Made by a program: the position numbers and the translations under genes. 64,000 bases of DNA from a virus, in the IMG/VR virus record IMGVR_UViG_3300012078_000128, positions 1 through 64,000 of that record; one strand, given 5' to 3'. Positions within the stretch are counted from its first letter, which is position 1; every line of letters begins with the position of its first letter. This document shows positions 28,441-37,807 of the stretch, piece after piece. The notes under the pieces are model-generated. The model saw nothing but the letters and a program-made list of their open reading frames with translations. It ran no database searches and had not been told where the DNA came from.

Positions 28441-28473
28441 ATAAGGGAAGTGATAATCAATCTTCCCTTATTT
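28441..28473 (+). terminator. Rho-independent terminator
   Basis: ATAAGGGAAG (28441-28450) pairs with CTTCCCTTAT (28462-28471), followed by a T-rich tail. Confidence 0.7.
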
Positions 28474-28499
28474 ATAAATAATATAAAATGAGGTATGTC

Positions 28500-29201
28500 A
28501 TGAGTAAAGAAATTTTAGGTAGTCTACAACTGAACAAAGTTTATCAATTGGATGTTTTAGAGGGAATGAAACTGCTTCCAGATGAATCAATTGATCTGGT
28601 ACTTACAGATCCACCATACCTTATGAATTATAGAAGCAATAGGCGATTAAAAAAACCAAAGTTTGATTACATAAAAAACGACAAAGATTCACATCAATTA
28701 ATTAGCGACTTTGTAGAACTTGTTCACAGTAAAATGAAGAATGATACTGCAATCTATATGTTCTGTAGTTGGCATCATATAGATTTTTTCAAACAGGAAT
28801 TTGAGAAATATTTTAAACTGAAAAATATAATTGTATGGAATAAAAACAATCATGGTTCAGGAGATTTAAAAGCAGCATATGCACCTAAACATGAATTTAT
28901 CCTCTATGGACACAAAGGGCGCTCATTATTTAGAAATAAACGTGTTCCTGACGTGATTGACTGTGCTAAAATATCAAGTTCAAAGCTTACACACCCAACA
29001 GAAAAACCAGTTGAATTACTTAATACATTTATCCTAAACAATTCTGATGAAGGTGATTTAGTTTTTGATGGGTTTGCTGGTACTGGCTCAACTTGTGTAT
29101 CAGCAAAAATAAATAATAGGAAGTTTTTAGCTTTTGAATGTGAAAGTGAATTTGTGGAAGTGGCTAACATTAAATTGGATAACTTAAAGGATGCTAATTA
29201 A
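28500..29201 (+). CDS. Orphan beta-class N6-adenine/N4-cytosine DNA methyltransferase
   Basis: DPPY (VLTDPPYLMNY) precedes HPTEKPVELL and FDGFAGTGST (motif I). This is the N6_N4_Mtase order. No adjacent nuclease. Confidence 0.85.
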   Translation: MSKEILGSLQLNKVYQLDVLEGMKLLPDESIDLVLTDPPYLMNYRSNRRLKKPKFDYIKNDKDSHQLISDFVELVHSKMKNDTAIYMFCSWHHIDFFKQEFEKYFKLKNIIVWNKNNHGSGDLKAAYAPKHEFILYGHKGRSLFRNKRVPDVIDCAKISSSKLTHPTEKPVELLNTFILNNSDEGDLVFDGFAGTGSTCVSAKINNRKFLAFECESEFVEVANIKLDNLKDAN

Positions 29202-29263
29202 AGTATGTCGTAATAAACTAATGAAATAGTACGACATTAAACTGTACTAAAAAGGTGGCCATA

Positions 29264-29830
29264 ATGACAAAGCAATTACTTAGACAAAATACAAGACTAG
29301 TTAAGTGCCCAAAGTGTGAAATAAAACTACCTAAGAATGAAGCTATCCTACATAAGAAAAGATATTATCATGCTGAATGCTATGACCAATTGCTAGTAAA
29401 AGAACGCAAGAAAACAGAAGAAAAGAAGCTTAAACAGCAAGGAAAAGTGCAGAATCAGCACGGATCAAGTTCAGATTATAAATCATTAGTCGAATACATA
29501 TGTAAGGATTTATATGGATGGAATAGACCAAGTGGAATGATTCTTAAACAGATTAAACAGTTCCATGAAGAATACGACTATACATACAAAGGAATGGAGC
29601 TTACACTTAGATACTTCTTCAACATATTGGATAATAAAGTTGATAAAGATAAAGGGATTGGGATTATTCCGTTTGTCTATGAGGATGCTACAAAACAATA
29701 TGCCCAAAAGATAAAAATAGCTAGGGCAACCATGAATGAGGATTTACATAAAATTAATAAGAGAATTGTTAAAGTGTCACCAAAATCAATGAGTAGAGAA
29801 ATAAAACAGATCGATATTGAATCAATTTAG
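29264..29830 (+). CDS. Zinc-ribbon protein upstream of the helicase (possible loader, by position only)
   Basis: CPKCEIKL...YYHAECY. The ATG at 29264 follows SD AAGGTGG. Confidence 0.5.
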   Translation: MTKQLLRQNTRLVKCPKCEIKLPKNEAILHKKRYYHAECYDQLLVKERKKTEEKKLKQQGKVQNQHGSSSDYKSLVEYICKDLYGWNRPSGMILKQIKQFHEEYDYTYKGMELTLRYFFNILDNKVDKDKGIGIIPFVYEDATKQYAQKIKIARATMNEDLHKINKRIVKVSPKSMSREIKQIDIESI

Positions 29831-29846
29831 AAGGAGGAATTGTTTA

Positions 29847-31448
29847 TTGGTACTACAGGATAAAGCAACAATAGCCCAAGTACTAGGAAGTCTTATAAAG
29901 AATCCTTCACTACTTGCTGAAACAGACAAGTATAAGTTAGATAAAAGCGATTTTCCAGAGAAGTTTCATCAAATGATTTTTGCATCAATCTTTAATATCT
30001 TTAACAGGGGTGGTGACTCTATTAGTGTCGTAGATATTGATGGTTTTCTTAGTCAGTATGCAGTACAGTATGAAATTTTTAATCAAAATAGTGGTATTGA
30101 ATACATAGAAAAAATTCAAGAGTTGTCCAACGAGGAAAATTTCCAATACTATTATAATAGGCTCAAGAAGTTTTCATTGATTCGTGAAATGGTTGGAATT
30201 GGCTTCAATATTAGTGATATATATGATGATACGATTCTCAATCCAGTAGAGAAAGATAAGCTCATGAAACAGTTTGATGAGATGTCTTTAAATAGCATTC
30301 TTGAAATATATAAAAATAAAGTAATTGAAATTGAGGAAAAGTTTCAATCAAATGAGGATGCTAAAGGAAGACGTGCAGGTGATGGTGTAATTAAGTTACT
30401 TGACAGAATTACAATAACACCTGAGATTGGAATGCCTATGAATAGTGAGTATCTTAGTTCAATATTCCGAGGGTCTAGAAAACAGAAATTCTATCTACGT
30501 AGCTCAATTACAGGTGGGGGTAAGAGCCGCCATATGATTGGGGACGCGTTGAGATTATCAGCTTTAGGATGGTATGATTCAGATAAAGGTGAATGGATAA
30601 AGAATGAGTTTAGTGAAAGTTGCCTCCTGATTTCGACAGAAATGTTAATTGAAGAACTCCAAACACCTGCATTAGCTTATATTGCAGACGTTGAAGAGCA
30701 CAAGATACTTAGGGGAACAATGAATGAAGAGGAAACAAAACGAGTATATCAAGCTGCTGATATCCTTGAACGTTCAGAACTGTACTTTGAGGAATTACCA
30801 AACTTTAATGTACGCGACATTGAAAGAGTAATTGAGAAAAATATTATAAAAAACAAGGTAGATTATGTGTGGTTTGACTATATGCATTCAAGTGTGGAAA
30901 TGCTTAGTCAATTGTCTAAAAGCAGTGGCATCTCACTTAGAGAAGATCAGATTTTATATCTCATGTCCGATAAACTTAAAGGATTAGCTAACAAACATAA
31001 AATATATCTCATGAGTGCTACACAGCTTAACGGTGATTGGAAAGAAGCCTGGCGTAAAGGTGAAGCAATGGACTCAAATTACCTTCAAGGTAGTAAGGCT
31101 ATCTCTCAAAAGACTGACTGCGCGATGATTGTACTTCCTATTAGCAAAAAAGAACGAGAAGACGTTAAACCTATTATAGAAAAAATGGGGTTTCCCATCA
31201 TTGAGCCAACCCATGTAACCCATGTGTTTAAGAACCGAGGAAATCCAGAGGATTCAGTAAAAGTGTTTGCTAAAATTAATATGGGAACGATGAGAATACA
31301 CGATTTGTTCTGTTGTAATTCAGAGAATGAATATTATCCCATTGAACTAATGGAATTTATCAATCAAGATCTAGAAGAAGAAAATGAGACTGCCACTCAA
31401 GATGAAAAAAAAACTGATTCACAAACTATAAAAAGAGCTGTAAATTAG
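29847..31448 (+). CDS. DnaB-like replicative helicase (YorI-like)
   Basis: N-terminal ATIAQVLGSLIKNPSLL (DnaB N-domain-like), Walker A SSITGGGKSRHM. The TTG at 29847 lies 8 nt after AAGGAGGA. Confidence 0.75.
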   Translation: MVLQDKATIAQVLGSLIKNPSLLAETDKYKLDKSDFPEKFHQMIFASIFNIFNRGGDSISVVDIDGFLSQYAVQYEIFNQNSGIEYIEKIQELSNEENFQYYYNRLKKFSLIREMVGIGFNISDIYDDTILNPVEKDKLMKQFDEMSLNSILEIYKNKVIEIEEKFQSNEDAKGRRAGDGVIKLLDRITITPEIGMPMNSEYLSSIFRGSRKQKFYLRSSITGGGKSRHMIGDALRLSALGWYDSDKGEWIKNEFSESCLLISTEMLIEELQTPALAYIADVEEHKILRGTMNEEETKRVYQAADILERSELYFEELPNFNVRDIERVIEKNIIKNKVDYVWFDYMHSSVEMLSQLSKSSGISLREDQILYLMSDKLKGLANKHKIYLMSATQLNGDWKEAWRKGEAMDSNYLQGSKAISQKTDCAMIVLPISKKEREDVKPIIEKMGFPIIEPTHVTHVFKNRGNPEDSVKVFAKINMGTMRIHDLFCCNSENEYYPIELMEFINQDLEEENETATQDEKKTDSQTIKRAVN

Positions 31449-31465
31449 GGGGTCGCATATACCCT

Positions 31466-32581
31466 ATGGCTATCGACAAAGACGCACTAAAAGAGTCTCT
31501 CACTACTGAGGATATCAATAAAATAGTCATTTCAATGCAAGGTGAAGTTGGTTCTCCAGATCGTTACGGCAATCCTACATATTCTACATGCTGCCACAAT
31601 GGAGATTCCCATAAGCTTTACTATTATTCAAACAGTAAAACATTAAATTGCTATACTAATTGTGGGCATATGGATATATTTGAACTCGTGATTAAAACGC
31701 AAGAGCAAAGAGGGTATACATATAGCTTTCCTGAAGCAATAAAATATATATCAGAAATATCGAACAAATCACCGATCAGCAACAATCTAAAAGAAAAAAA
31801 TAAAAATATAAGTAATGATTTTGATTGGCTAAATCGTTTCAAGCCTAAAGCTAAAATGGATAGTGAATTGAAAGTGTTTGACGAATGTGTGTTAGATGTG
31901 TTTATGCCATATCCACATGAAGAATGGCTCAAAGAAATATCTTATGAAACACAAATGAAGTATGAAATAAAATATCTATTTAGAGATAATGCAATCGTAC
32001 TTCCACACAGAGATCAGAACGGCAATTTGATCGGTATTAGACAGCGCAATTTGAATAAAGAAGACGTTGATAATGGACGTAAATACATTCCCACTACTTA
32101 CAATGGACAGATGTATAACTATGCTACTATGTTCAATCTTTATGGCTTATATCAAAACAAAGAGAACATTAAAAAGTATGGAAAATGCATGATCGTTGAG
32201 GGCGAGAAATCGGTTATGAGACTAGACGATTTCTATAAAGATAGCAACTTCTCTGTTGCAGCTTCAGGTTCTGCACTAAGTAGTTTTCAAAGGGATTTAA
32301 TACTTAGTTGTGGTGTCAATGAAGTGTTCATAGCCTTCGATAAGTTTAGAGCAAAAAAAGAAATAGAAGATGAATATACATATGCTAATAGAGTAATTGA
32401 ATATCAACAAAAACTAATTAAACTTGCACAGATGTTCACACCATTTGTGCAGACTTATATTTTATATGATATGGAAGATAGACTGGCCTACAAAGAGAGC
32501 CCTGTCGATGTGGATCAGGAAACATTTGAATACATAATGAAAAATAAAATTGAAATAAATACTAAGGAGGAAGTTATTTGA
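31466..32581 (+). CDS. DNA primase (zinc finger + TOPRIM; YorJ-like)
   Basis: CCHNGDSHKLYY...NCYTNCG zinc-binding region; TOPRIM-like MIVEGEKSV. Confidence 0.7.
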   Translation: MAIDKDALKESLTTEDINKIVISMQGEVGSPDRYGNPTYSTCCHNGDSHKLYYYSNSKTLNCYTNCGHMDIFELVIKTQEQRGYTYSFPEAIKYISEISNKSPISNNLKEKNKNISNDFDWLNRFKPKAKMDSELKVFDECVLDVFMPYPHEEWLKEISYETQMKYEIKYLFRDNAIVLPHRDQNGNLIGIRQRNLNKEDVDNGRKYIPTTYNGQMYNYATMFNLYGLYQNKENIKKYGKCMIVEGEKSVMRLDDFYKDSNFSVAASGSALSSFQRDLILSCGVNEVFIAFDKFRAKKEIEDEYTYANRVIEYQQKLIKLAQMFTPFVQTYILYDMEDRLAYKESPVDVDQETFEYIMKNKIEINTKEEVI

Positions 32582-32802
32582 AGTATAAGCTTAAAGGTGA
32601 TAATAATTATCTTCAACCATTAGAAACGGTACTTCATAATCGTGGAATTGTTGATGTAGGCACATTTCTTAACTCACGAGAAAACAGTTCAGTAGTAACA
32701 CATTATTCTACAATGAAAAACATTATAAAAGCTGTAGATACTCTACTTAAGCATATTGGGGGTGGTAGTAATATCTGGATCAAAGTCGATCCAGATACGT
32801 GA
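32578..32802 (+). CDS. DHH/RecJ-like exonuclease, N-terminal fragment (YorK-like)
   Basis: TTG start after AAGGAGGA. Ends ...IWIKVDPDT-stop, in the middle of the DHH motif. Confidence 0.6.
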   Translation: MKYKLKGDNNYLQPLETVLHNRGIVDVGTFLNSRENSSVVTHYSTMKNIIKAVDTLLKHIGGGSNIWIKVDPDT

Positions 32803-34313
32803 CTGATGGTATAACTTCGAATGGGCTATTTATCATGTACTTACAAAGAGCATTCCCTAACGTTAAAATTACATATGGTATACCTAAAGGTAAAGAACAT
32901 GGAATCAGAGTTGGAGAAGTACCTGAAGGAACTGATTTAGTTGTTCTTATTGATTCATCTACAAATGACCACAATGTACATAAAGAATTACATAACAAAG
33001 GTATTACTACTATTGTACTTGACCACCATGAGACAGATAAAGAAGAATCACCTTATGCAATTGTAGTGAACAATCAAATGTCACCAAATGCAAATCTTGA
33101 ACACGCAGCAGTAGGAGTAGTATTTAAATTCATACAAGCATTAGATGACAAGCTTAACCTTAATTATGCTGATGATTATCTCGATTTAGTTGCCATCGGA
33201 AACATTGGTGATTCTCGTGATATGAGAGATAAGGAGTTGCGTTATTACGTTACTCAAGGCTTAAATAATATCAAGAACCTATTCATTAAAGCTATACTTG
33301 ATGATGCTTCATATCAAACTCAAGGAATCATTAACATTAGAGCAATCAATTACAATTTGAACCCATATCTAAATGCTTGTATTAGAGTAGGATCACAAGA
33401 TGAGAAAGAATTATTATTCAAAGCTTTATTATCTGATGGAACTGAACAAGTAAAATATAAAGATAAGATGGAATCAATACATAAGAATGCTATTCGTATG
33501 CTTAAGCGTGTAAGGAGACAACAAAACAAGCTCAGAGATAAAAGTGTTGAACTAATTGAACAAAAAATAAAAGATAAAAATCTATTAGACAATAAAATCC
33601 TCATTGTAGATGTATCAGAAATATTAGATAAGAATTTAAGTGGTTTAGTTGCAGGTAATTTGGCTAACTCTAATCATATTAAACGTCCTGTTATGCTACT
33701 TAGATATACAGAGGATAACAAAAAGCTTGGTGGTAGTGCTAGAGGGTTAAACAATAGTTCGATCACAGATTTCAGGAAATTTGTAAGTGAATCAGGTTGC
33801 TTTGAATGGGCAACTGGTCATGATAACGCATTCGGAGCTTTGGTCACACCTGAAAAACTTATTGAGTTCAATAATTATGCTAATGAAAAACTCAAAGATG
33901 TGGAAATATCAGCTAATGTTTACGATGTAGACTTTATACTTTCTGCTAAAGAATTAAATTATTCTCTTTTAAATACATTGCATCAATACGATGATTTATG
34001 GGGGAAAAATATTGAGCAACCTTTGATAGCAATAACTAATATTGAAGTTGAAAAGAGAAATATCCAGTTGCTTGGTAAGTATAAGAATACAATCAAATGG
34101 ACAGTCAATGGTATAGATTACATTAAGTTTTTCACCAATGAAGACGAATGGAAAAGTATTGTTGAGTACGGGGAAGATGGACTTACAGGCACGCTTATAA
34201 TGAATGTATGTGGTAAAGCTAGCGTGAATGAATTTAATGGAGTAAAAACTGGCCAATTAATTATTGAAGATTACCAATTGATTAAAGAGAAAACAAACAA
34301 TTTAGTATTTTAG
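32799..34313 (+). CDS. DHH/RecJ-like exonuclease, main part (YorK-like), in the -1 frame relative to the N-terminal fragment
   Basis: Begins (V)TDGITS, completing a D-x-D...DG-x-TS motif. Also LDHHETD (DHH motif) and GNIGDS. Confidence 0.7.
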   Translation: MTDGITSNGLFIMYLQRAFPNVKITYGIPKGKEHGIRVGEVPEGTDLVVLIDSSTNDHNVHKELHNKGITTIVLDHHETDKEESPYAIVVNNQMSPNANLEHAAVGVVFKFIQALDDKLNLNYADDYLDLVAIGNIGDSRDMRDKELRYYVTQGLNNIKNLFIKAILDDASYQTQGIINIRAINYNLNPYLNACIRVGSQDEKELLFKALLSDGTEQVKYKDKMESIHKNAIRMLKRVRRQQNKLRDKSVELIEQKIKDKNLLDNKILIVDVSEILDKNLSGLVAGNLANSNHIKRPVMLLRYTEDNKKLGGSARGLNNSSITDFRKFVSESGCFEWATGHDNAFGALVTPEKLIEFNNYANEKLKDVEISANVYDVDFILSAKELNYSLLNTLHQYDDLWGKNIEQPLIAITNIEVEKRNIQLLGKYKNTIKWTVNGIDYIKFFTNEDEWKSIVEYGEDGLTGTLIMNVCGKASVNEFNGVKTGQLIIEDYQLIKEKTNNLVF

Positions 34314-34499
34314 CTTTACGCAATAAAAGATAAATGTTAATATAATATTAGTTTATTAAAACGTATGTTGTTTCAGCATACACTTTAATCATAGATGTAA
34401 ATGATTTTCTATATTAAATAGGCAAAAAGGAGAAGTTTAATATTGATATTTAAATGAAATATTTCTAGATTTTAATTTACAGAGCAGAAGAATTGATGA

Positions 34500-35189
34500 T
34501 CACTTCTTCTTGTAATGTGTTAATGATATTGGTTTTTCATTTGGAATATCTATAAATGTTCTATTTTTCATATTAAATTTCTTTGCTTGGTTCACATGGC
34601 TGCCTATTGGTGACAGATGATATGACAAGTTCTCAACACTGAAGAAATTTTTATTTCGATCTCCCTTACAAAGATAAACCGATTCTGTAGCTTTCTCTAA
34701 TTCGTCATGAACCTTCATAATCGTTTGTTCATATAGAGGTTTATCAGTTATATTTTTAGGAATTAATCCTGTACATAAGAAAATACACCCGTTTGACTCT
34801 TGATTTGTACGAATTGCTCTTTCAATCGCAAGGCTATTTGATTTCATTGTCATTAGGTGTGTATTATTATGATTGGCATTAAGATCATCTAGAATTAGAT
34901 ATAGATCAGAAGACGTAGCTTCATAATAAGGATGAACGTTAACAACAGTAAAAGAACCAATTTTAAGATGCTTTAAATCATGATAAGCGATATAAGCACA
35001 ACTATTAACAGTTTTATCTGATTCATTTTCAGTGGCATGACTCGGATTCATTAAGATGAACAATGCGTTAGCTGTATAGTTATTGTCTAACTTACCAGTG
35101 AGGACTGACCTGAAGAAGTACGATGTGCGAGGAATTTTTCTATAATCACATTTGGTAATGTTTGATACATATGAAGGATATTTAACCAA
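34500..35189 (-). CDS. DUF1643-like protein (UDG-superfamily fold suspected)
   Basis: Strong SD GAGGAGGTG with TTG start. FILMNPSHATENESDKTVNSC resembles the DUF1643 MLNPS-x-AD...D-x-T block. Confidence 0.45.
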   Translation of the reverse strand: MVKYPSYVSNITKCDYRKIPRTSYFFRSVLTGKLDNNYTANALFILMNPSHATENESDKTVNSCAYIAYHDLKHLKIGSFTVVNVHPYYEATSSDLYLILDDLNANHNNTHLMTMKSNSLAIERAIRTNQESNGCIFLCTGLIPKNITDKPLYEQTIMKVHDELEKATESVYLCKGDRNKNFFSVENLSYHLSPIGSHVNQAKKFNMKNRTFIDIPNEKPISLTHYKKK

Positions 35190-35290
35190 GATGACACCTC
35201 CTCAAAAATAAAAGTTAATAATATTATAGTTGGACTGTAAGATAATTGGAAGTGAAGTGCTTATTGATAAATAAATTCAATTAACTGGAC

Positions 35291-35707
35291 GTGAGAGTAT
35301 TGATTGAAGCATACAGAGAATTCTTACAGAAGCAAGACGTACTTCCAATGGAAAACTGGAATGTATTTATATCTGAACATCAAATACCTATGCAGCCTAA
35401 TGTGAAAAATCATCCTCACACTATGATAATGAGGCAACAAGGCAAAGATACTGATGGTGGAGTATACGTTTATTTTGATAATGAAACTTGTTTATATATT
35501 GGGGAATCTAAAGTTTTAGGTAGCAGATTTAAGGATCATTATAATGCTTCTTGGAAAACAAACCATAAGTTACATCAATTCTTTAGTCGATATAGAAAGC
35601 CGTTAACAGTAAGATGGATAAAAATTGAAAACGTCTTTGACAGGCGAACAATAGAAGCAATGTTGACTAGGATTTATAAACCAACCTATATTGACTTTAA
35701 AACATAA
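35291..35707 (+). CDS. GIY-YIG nuclease-domain protein
   Basis: GGVYVYFDNETCLYIGESKVLGSRFKDHY fits the GIY...YIG...R...H pattern. Start uncertain (no clear SD). Confidence 0.5.
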   Translation: MRVLIEAYREFLQKQDVLPMENWNVFISEHQIPMQPNVKNHPHTMIMRQQGKDTDGGVYVYFDNETCLYIGESKVLGSRFKDHYNASWKTNHKLHQFFSRYRKPLTVRWIKIENVFDRRTIEAMLTRIYKPTYIDFKT

Positions 35708-35867
35708 GATTTTTCTTGAAGGCAATTAAACTATGGATACACTTTTGGTTATAGGTTTACAGGAGCTATTGTAGCACCTTACAAAGATGAATGTTACCTT
35801 TGTAATGGCACATTAAAAGATAAATATTATAATTTAACTTTGATTTTATTGGGAGGCAAAATTAACA

Positions 35868-36038
35868 ATGTCATTAATGAGGATTTCGGGTACTGATATA
35901 TTCACAAAAGAGTATGGGTCTATTATGTTTGACCCACGTAAGGATGTAGTAAGTATTCATCAAAGGGAAGAATCAATCAAAGTATGTGTTAATGAGGAAT
36001 GTGCAAATATCAGTCGTGAGGATTTAAAAATTAGGTAG
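35868..36038 (+). CDS. Small hypothetical protein (56 aa)
   Basis: Own translation MSLMRISGTDIFTKEYGSIMFDPRKD... GGGAGG lies 11 nt upstream. Confidence 0.35.
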   Translation: MSLMRISGTDIFTKEYGSIMFDPRKDVVSIHQREESIKVCVNEECANISREDLKIR

Positions 36039-36051
36039 GAGGATTTATATT

Positions 36052-36852
36052 ATGATAAATTGCCATTGTCATACTGACTATTCTAACATCAGACTTTTAG
36101 ATGCTTTGCAATCTGTAGAAGAATTAATTATAACATCACATGAAATGGGCATGAAAGGCGTGGCGATTACGGAGCACGAAAGCGTTAGCTCTCATCCGAA
36201 AGCTTTAAGGACGGTAAGAGAACTGAAGAAAAAGAAAATAATCCCCGAAGATTTCACTCTTATTCTTGGAAACGAGCTATACTTATGCCCCGATTTAGAA
36301 TCAGTAAAAGATAATTATAAATCAGGAGAGACTAAGTTTCCCCACTTCTTAGTTTTAAGCAAAGACCTAATCGGACACGAACAGTTACGAACTTTGAGTA
36401 GTCGTGCATGGTCAAGAAGTTTTTACACAGGTCTTATGGAAAGAGTCCCTACACTTTATTCAGACTTAGAGGAAGTAGTTAAACCAAACAAAGGACATCT
36501 TATTGCCTCGTCTGCTTGCTTAGGAAGTGCAGTCAATATTCACTTGTTAGCAATAAAAGAAGCAGAAAAAACCAGTAACCACCCTAAAGCTAATTACCAT
36601 AAACAAGAATTACATAAATTCATTCTATGGTGCATTGATATATTTGGTCAAGATCACTTCTTTATTGAGTTGCAACCTGCATTAAGCGAAGAGCAAGTTT
36701 ACTGTAATAAGAAGCTTGTTGATATTGCTGACCATTATGGACTAAAACGAATAGTAACAACAGATGCTCACTATGGACGACCAGAAGACAGAGACATCCA
36801 TGAAGCTTTTCTTAATGCCAAGCAAGGCGAGAGAGAGGTAGCGCAATTTTAT
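36052..36852 (+). CDS. DNA polymerase III alpha (DnaE-type, YorL-like), exon 1 (PHP domain)
   Basis: INCHCHTDYSNIRLLDA, AITEHES and VTTDAHY are PHP motifs. Polymerase-like sequence ends at ...GEREVAQFY. The ORF-track tail to 36906 reads into the intron. Boundary is +/- about 10 nt. Confidence 0.8.
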
Positions 36853-37310
36853 AGGTTTTGTGAGCGAGAAAACCCACTATTTTTATGGTGGGATGTTAGC
36901 CCATAAATAGACTGTAAGAATGTAGGGAAACTTGCATTTAGCGACTATGTAATTACTCATATAGTCCAACTAAGAAACTGAATTGCTGGAAACTCGTAAA
37001 GCTAGCTAAACTACAACATAGGGATATTTAAACCCAAGTGTGAATGTTGCGAAAGCAGAAAAAATTAGTTAGATGACATAAGGTTAAATCCTACGTGTTG
37101 AACAATCGAAAATCAGCAGCCAAGCCTAGAAATAGGAAGGTTCAACGACTATTCCTCGTGAAGGAAGTACACACAAGCGTGTGGAAGTGGTTTCGCCGTA
37201 CTGGGTAAGGCCAACGGATAAGATATAGTCTGTGCTTGTGCGAAAGCACAAGAAGTTCATAAGAGAACTGCATAGGGATTAGCGAACTTATGTGAACATA
37301 CTCTACATGA
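36853..37310 (+). ncRNA. Group I intron catalytic core (candidate)
   Basis: AAGATATAGTC (37220-37230) matches the J8/7-P7 signature, and AGACT at 36909-36913 can pair with it. GAAA-capped stems at 37048-37057, 37125-37136 and 37235-37252. Further hairpins at 36873-36892 and 36942-36965. No ORF. Confidence 0.6.
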
Positions 37311-37383
37311 TAAAGTCTAAAAAGTTTTAATATTTGTGTATCAAAGTATTGATTTCATACACAACTTGATGTACAATAAGTAT

Positions 37384-37785
37384 ATGAGTAACGAATACAG
37401 ATATTCAAAAACAACTGTATCGTTAATCAATTACCACTTTGTTTTTTGCCCAAGATATCGTCGGAAAATATTTGAGAATTCCGAAGTTGATACTAGATTT
37501 AAAGCCATTGTTTCAGAAATATGTTCTGATAACGAGTGGACAATCCTAGCAATAGAAACAGATAAAGATCACTGTCATCTTTTTGTGAATGTGCAACCTA
37601 CATTTTCGCCCTCTGACATAATGAAGACGATAAAAGGTATATCTTCACGAGAATTAAGACAAGAATTTGAACATCTAAGTAAAATGCCTAGTGTTTGGAC
37701 GCGATCATTCTTTGTTTCAACTGCTGGAAATGTATCTAGTGAAACCATCAAGCGATATGTTGAGAATCAAAGAACAAGATATTGA
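37384..37785 (+). CDS. tnpA: IS200/IS605 Y1 (HUH) transposase TnpA
   Basis: MSNEYRYSKTTVSLINYHFVFCPRYRRKIF, HUH motif HCHLFV, catalytic-Tyr region SSETIKRYVENQ. Confidence 0.9.
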   Translation: MSNEYRYSKTTVSLINYHFVFCPRYRRKIFENSEVDTRFKAIVSEICSDNEWTILAIETDKDHCHLFVNVQPTFSPSDIMKTIKGISSRELRQEFEHLSKMPSVWTRSFFVSTAGNVSSETIKRYVENQRTRY

Positions 37786-37807
37786 TTACGTTAAGGAGGT
37801 GACAGAA

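Noticed and set aside
36853-36906. C-terminal tail of the 36052 ORF (RFCERENPLFLWWDVSP)
   Set aside because: It has no polymerase-like character and overlaps hairpins of the intron/IS left end. Interpreted as read-through into the IStron, not as exon sequence.
37691-37807. N-terminal extension of the tnpB ORF that overlaps tnpA
   Set aside because: The ATG at 37808 has a perfect AAGGAGGTG SD, and typical TnpB N-termini begin MKKA-x-K-x-R-I-Y-P. The extension is an out-of-frame overlap with the tnpA 3' end.
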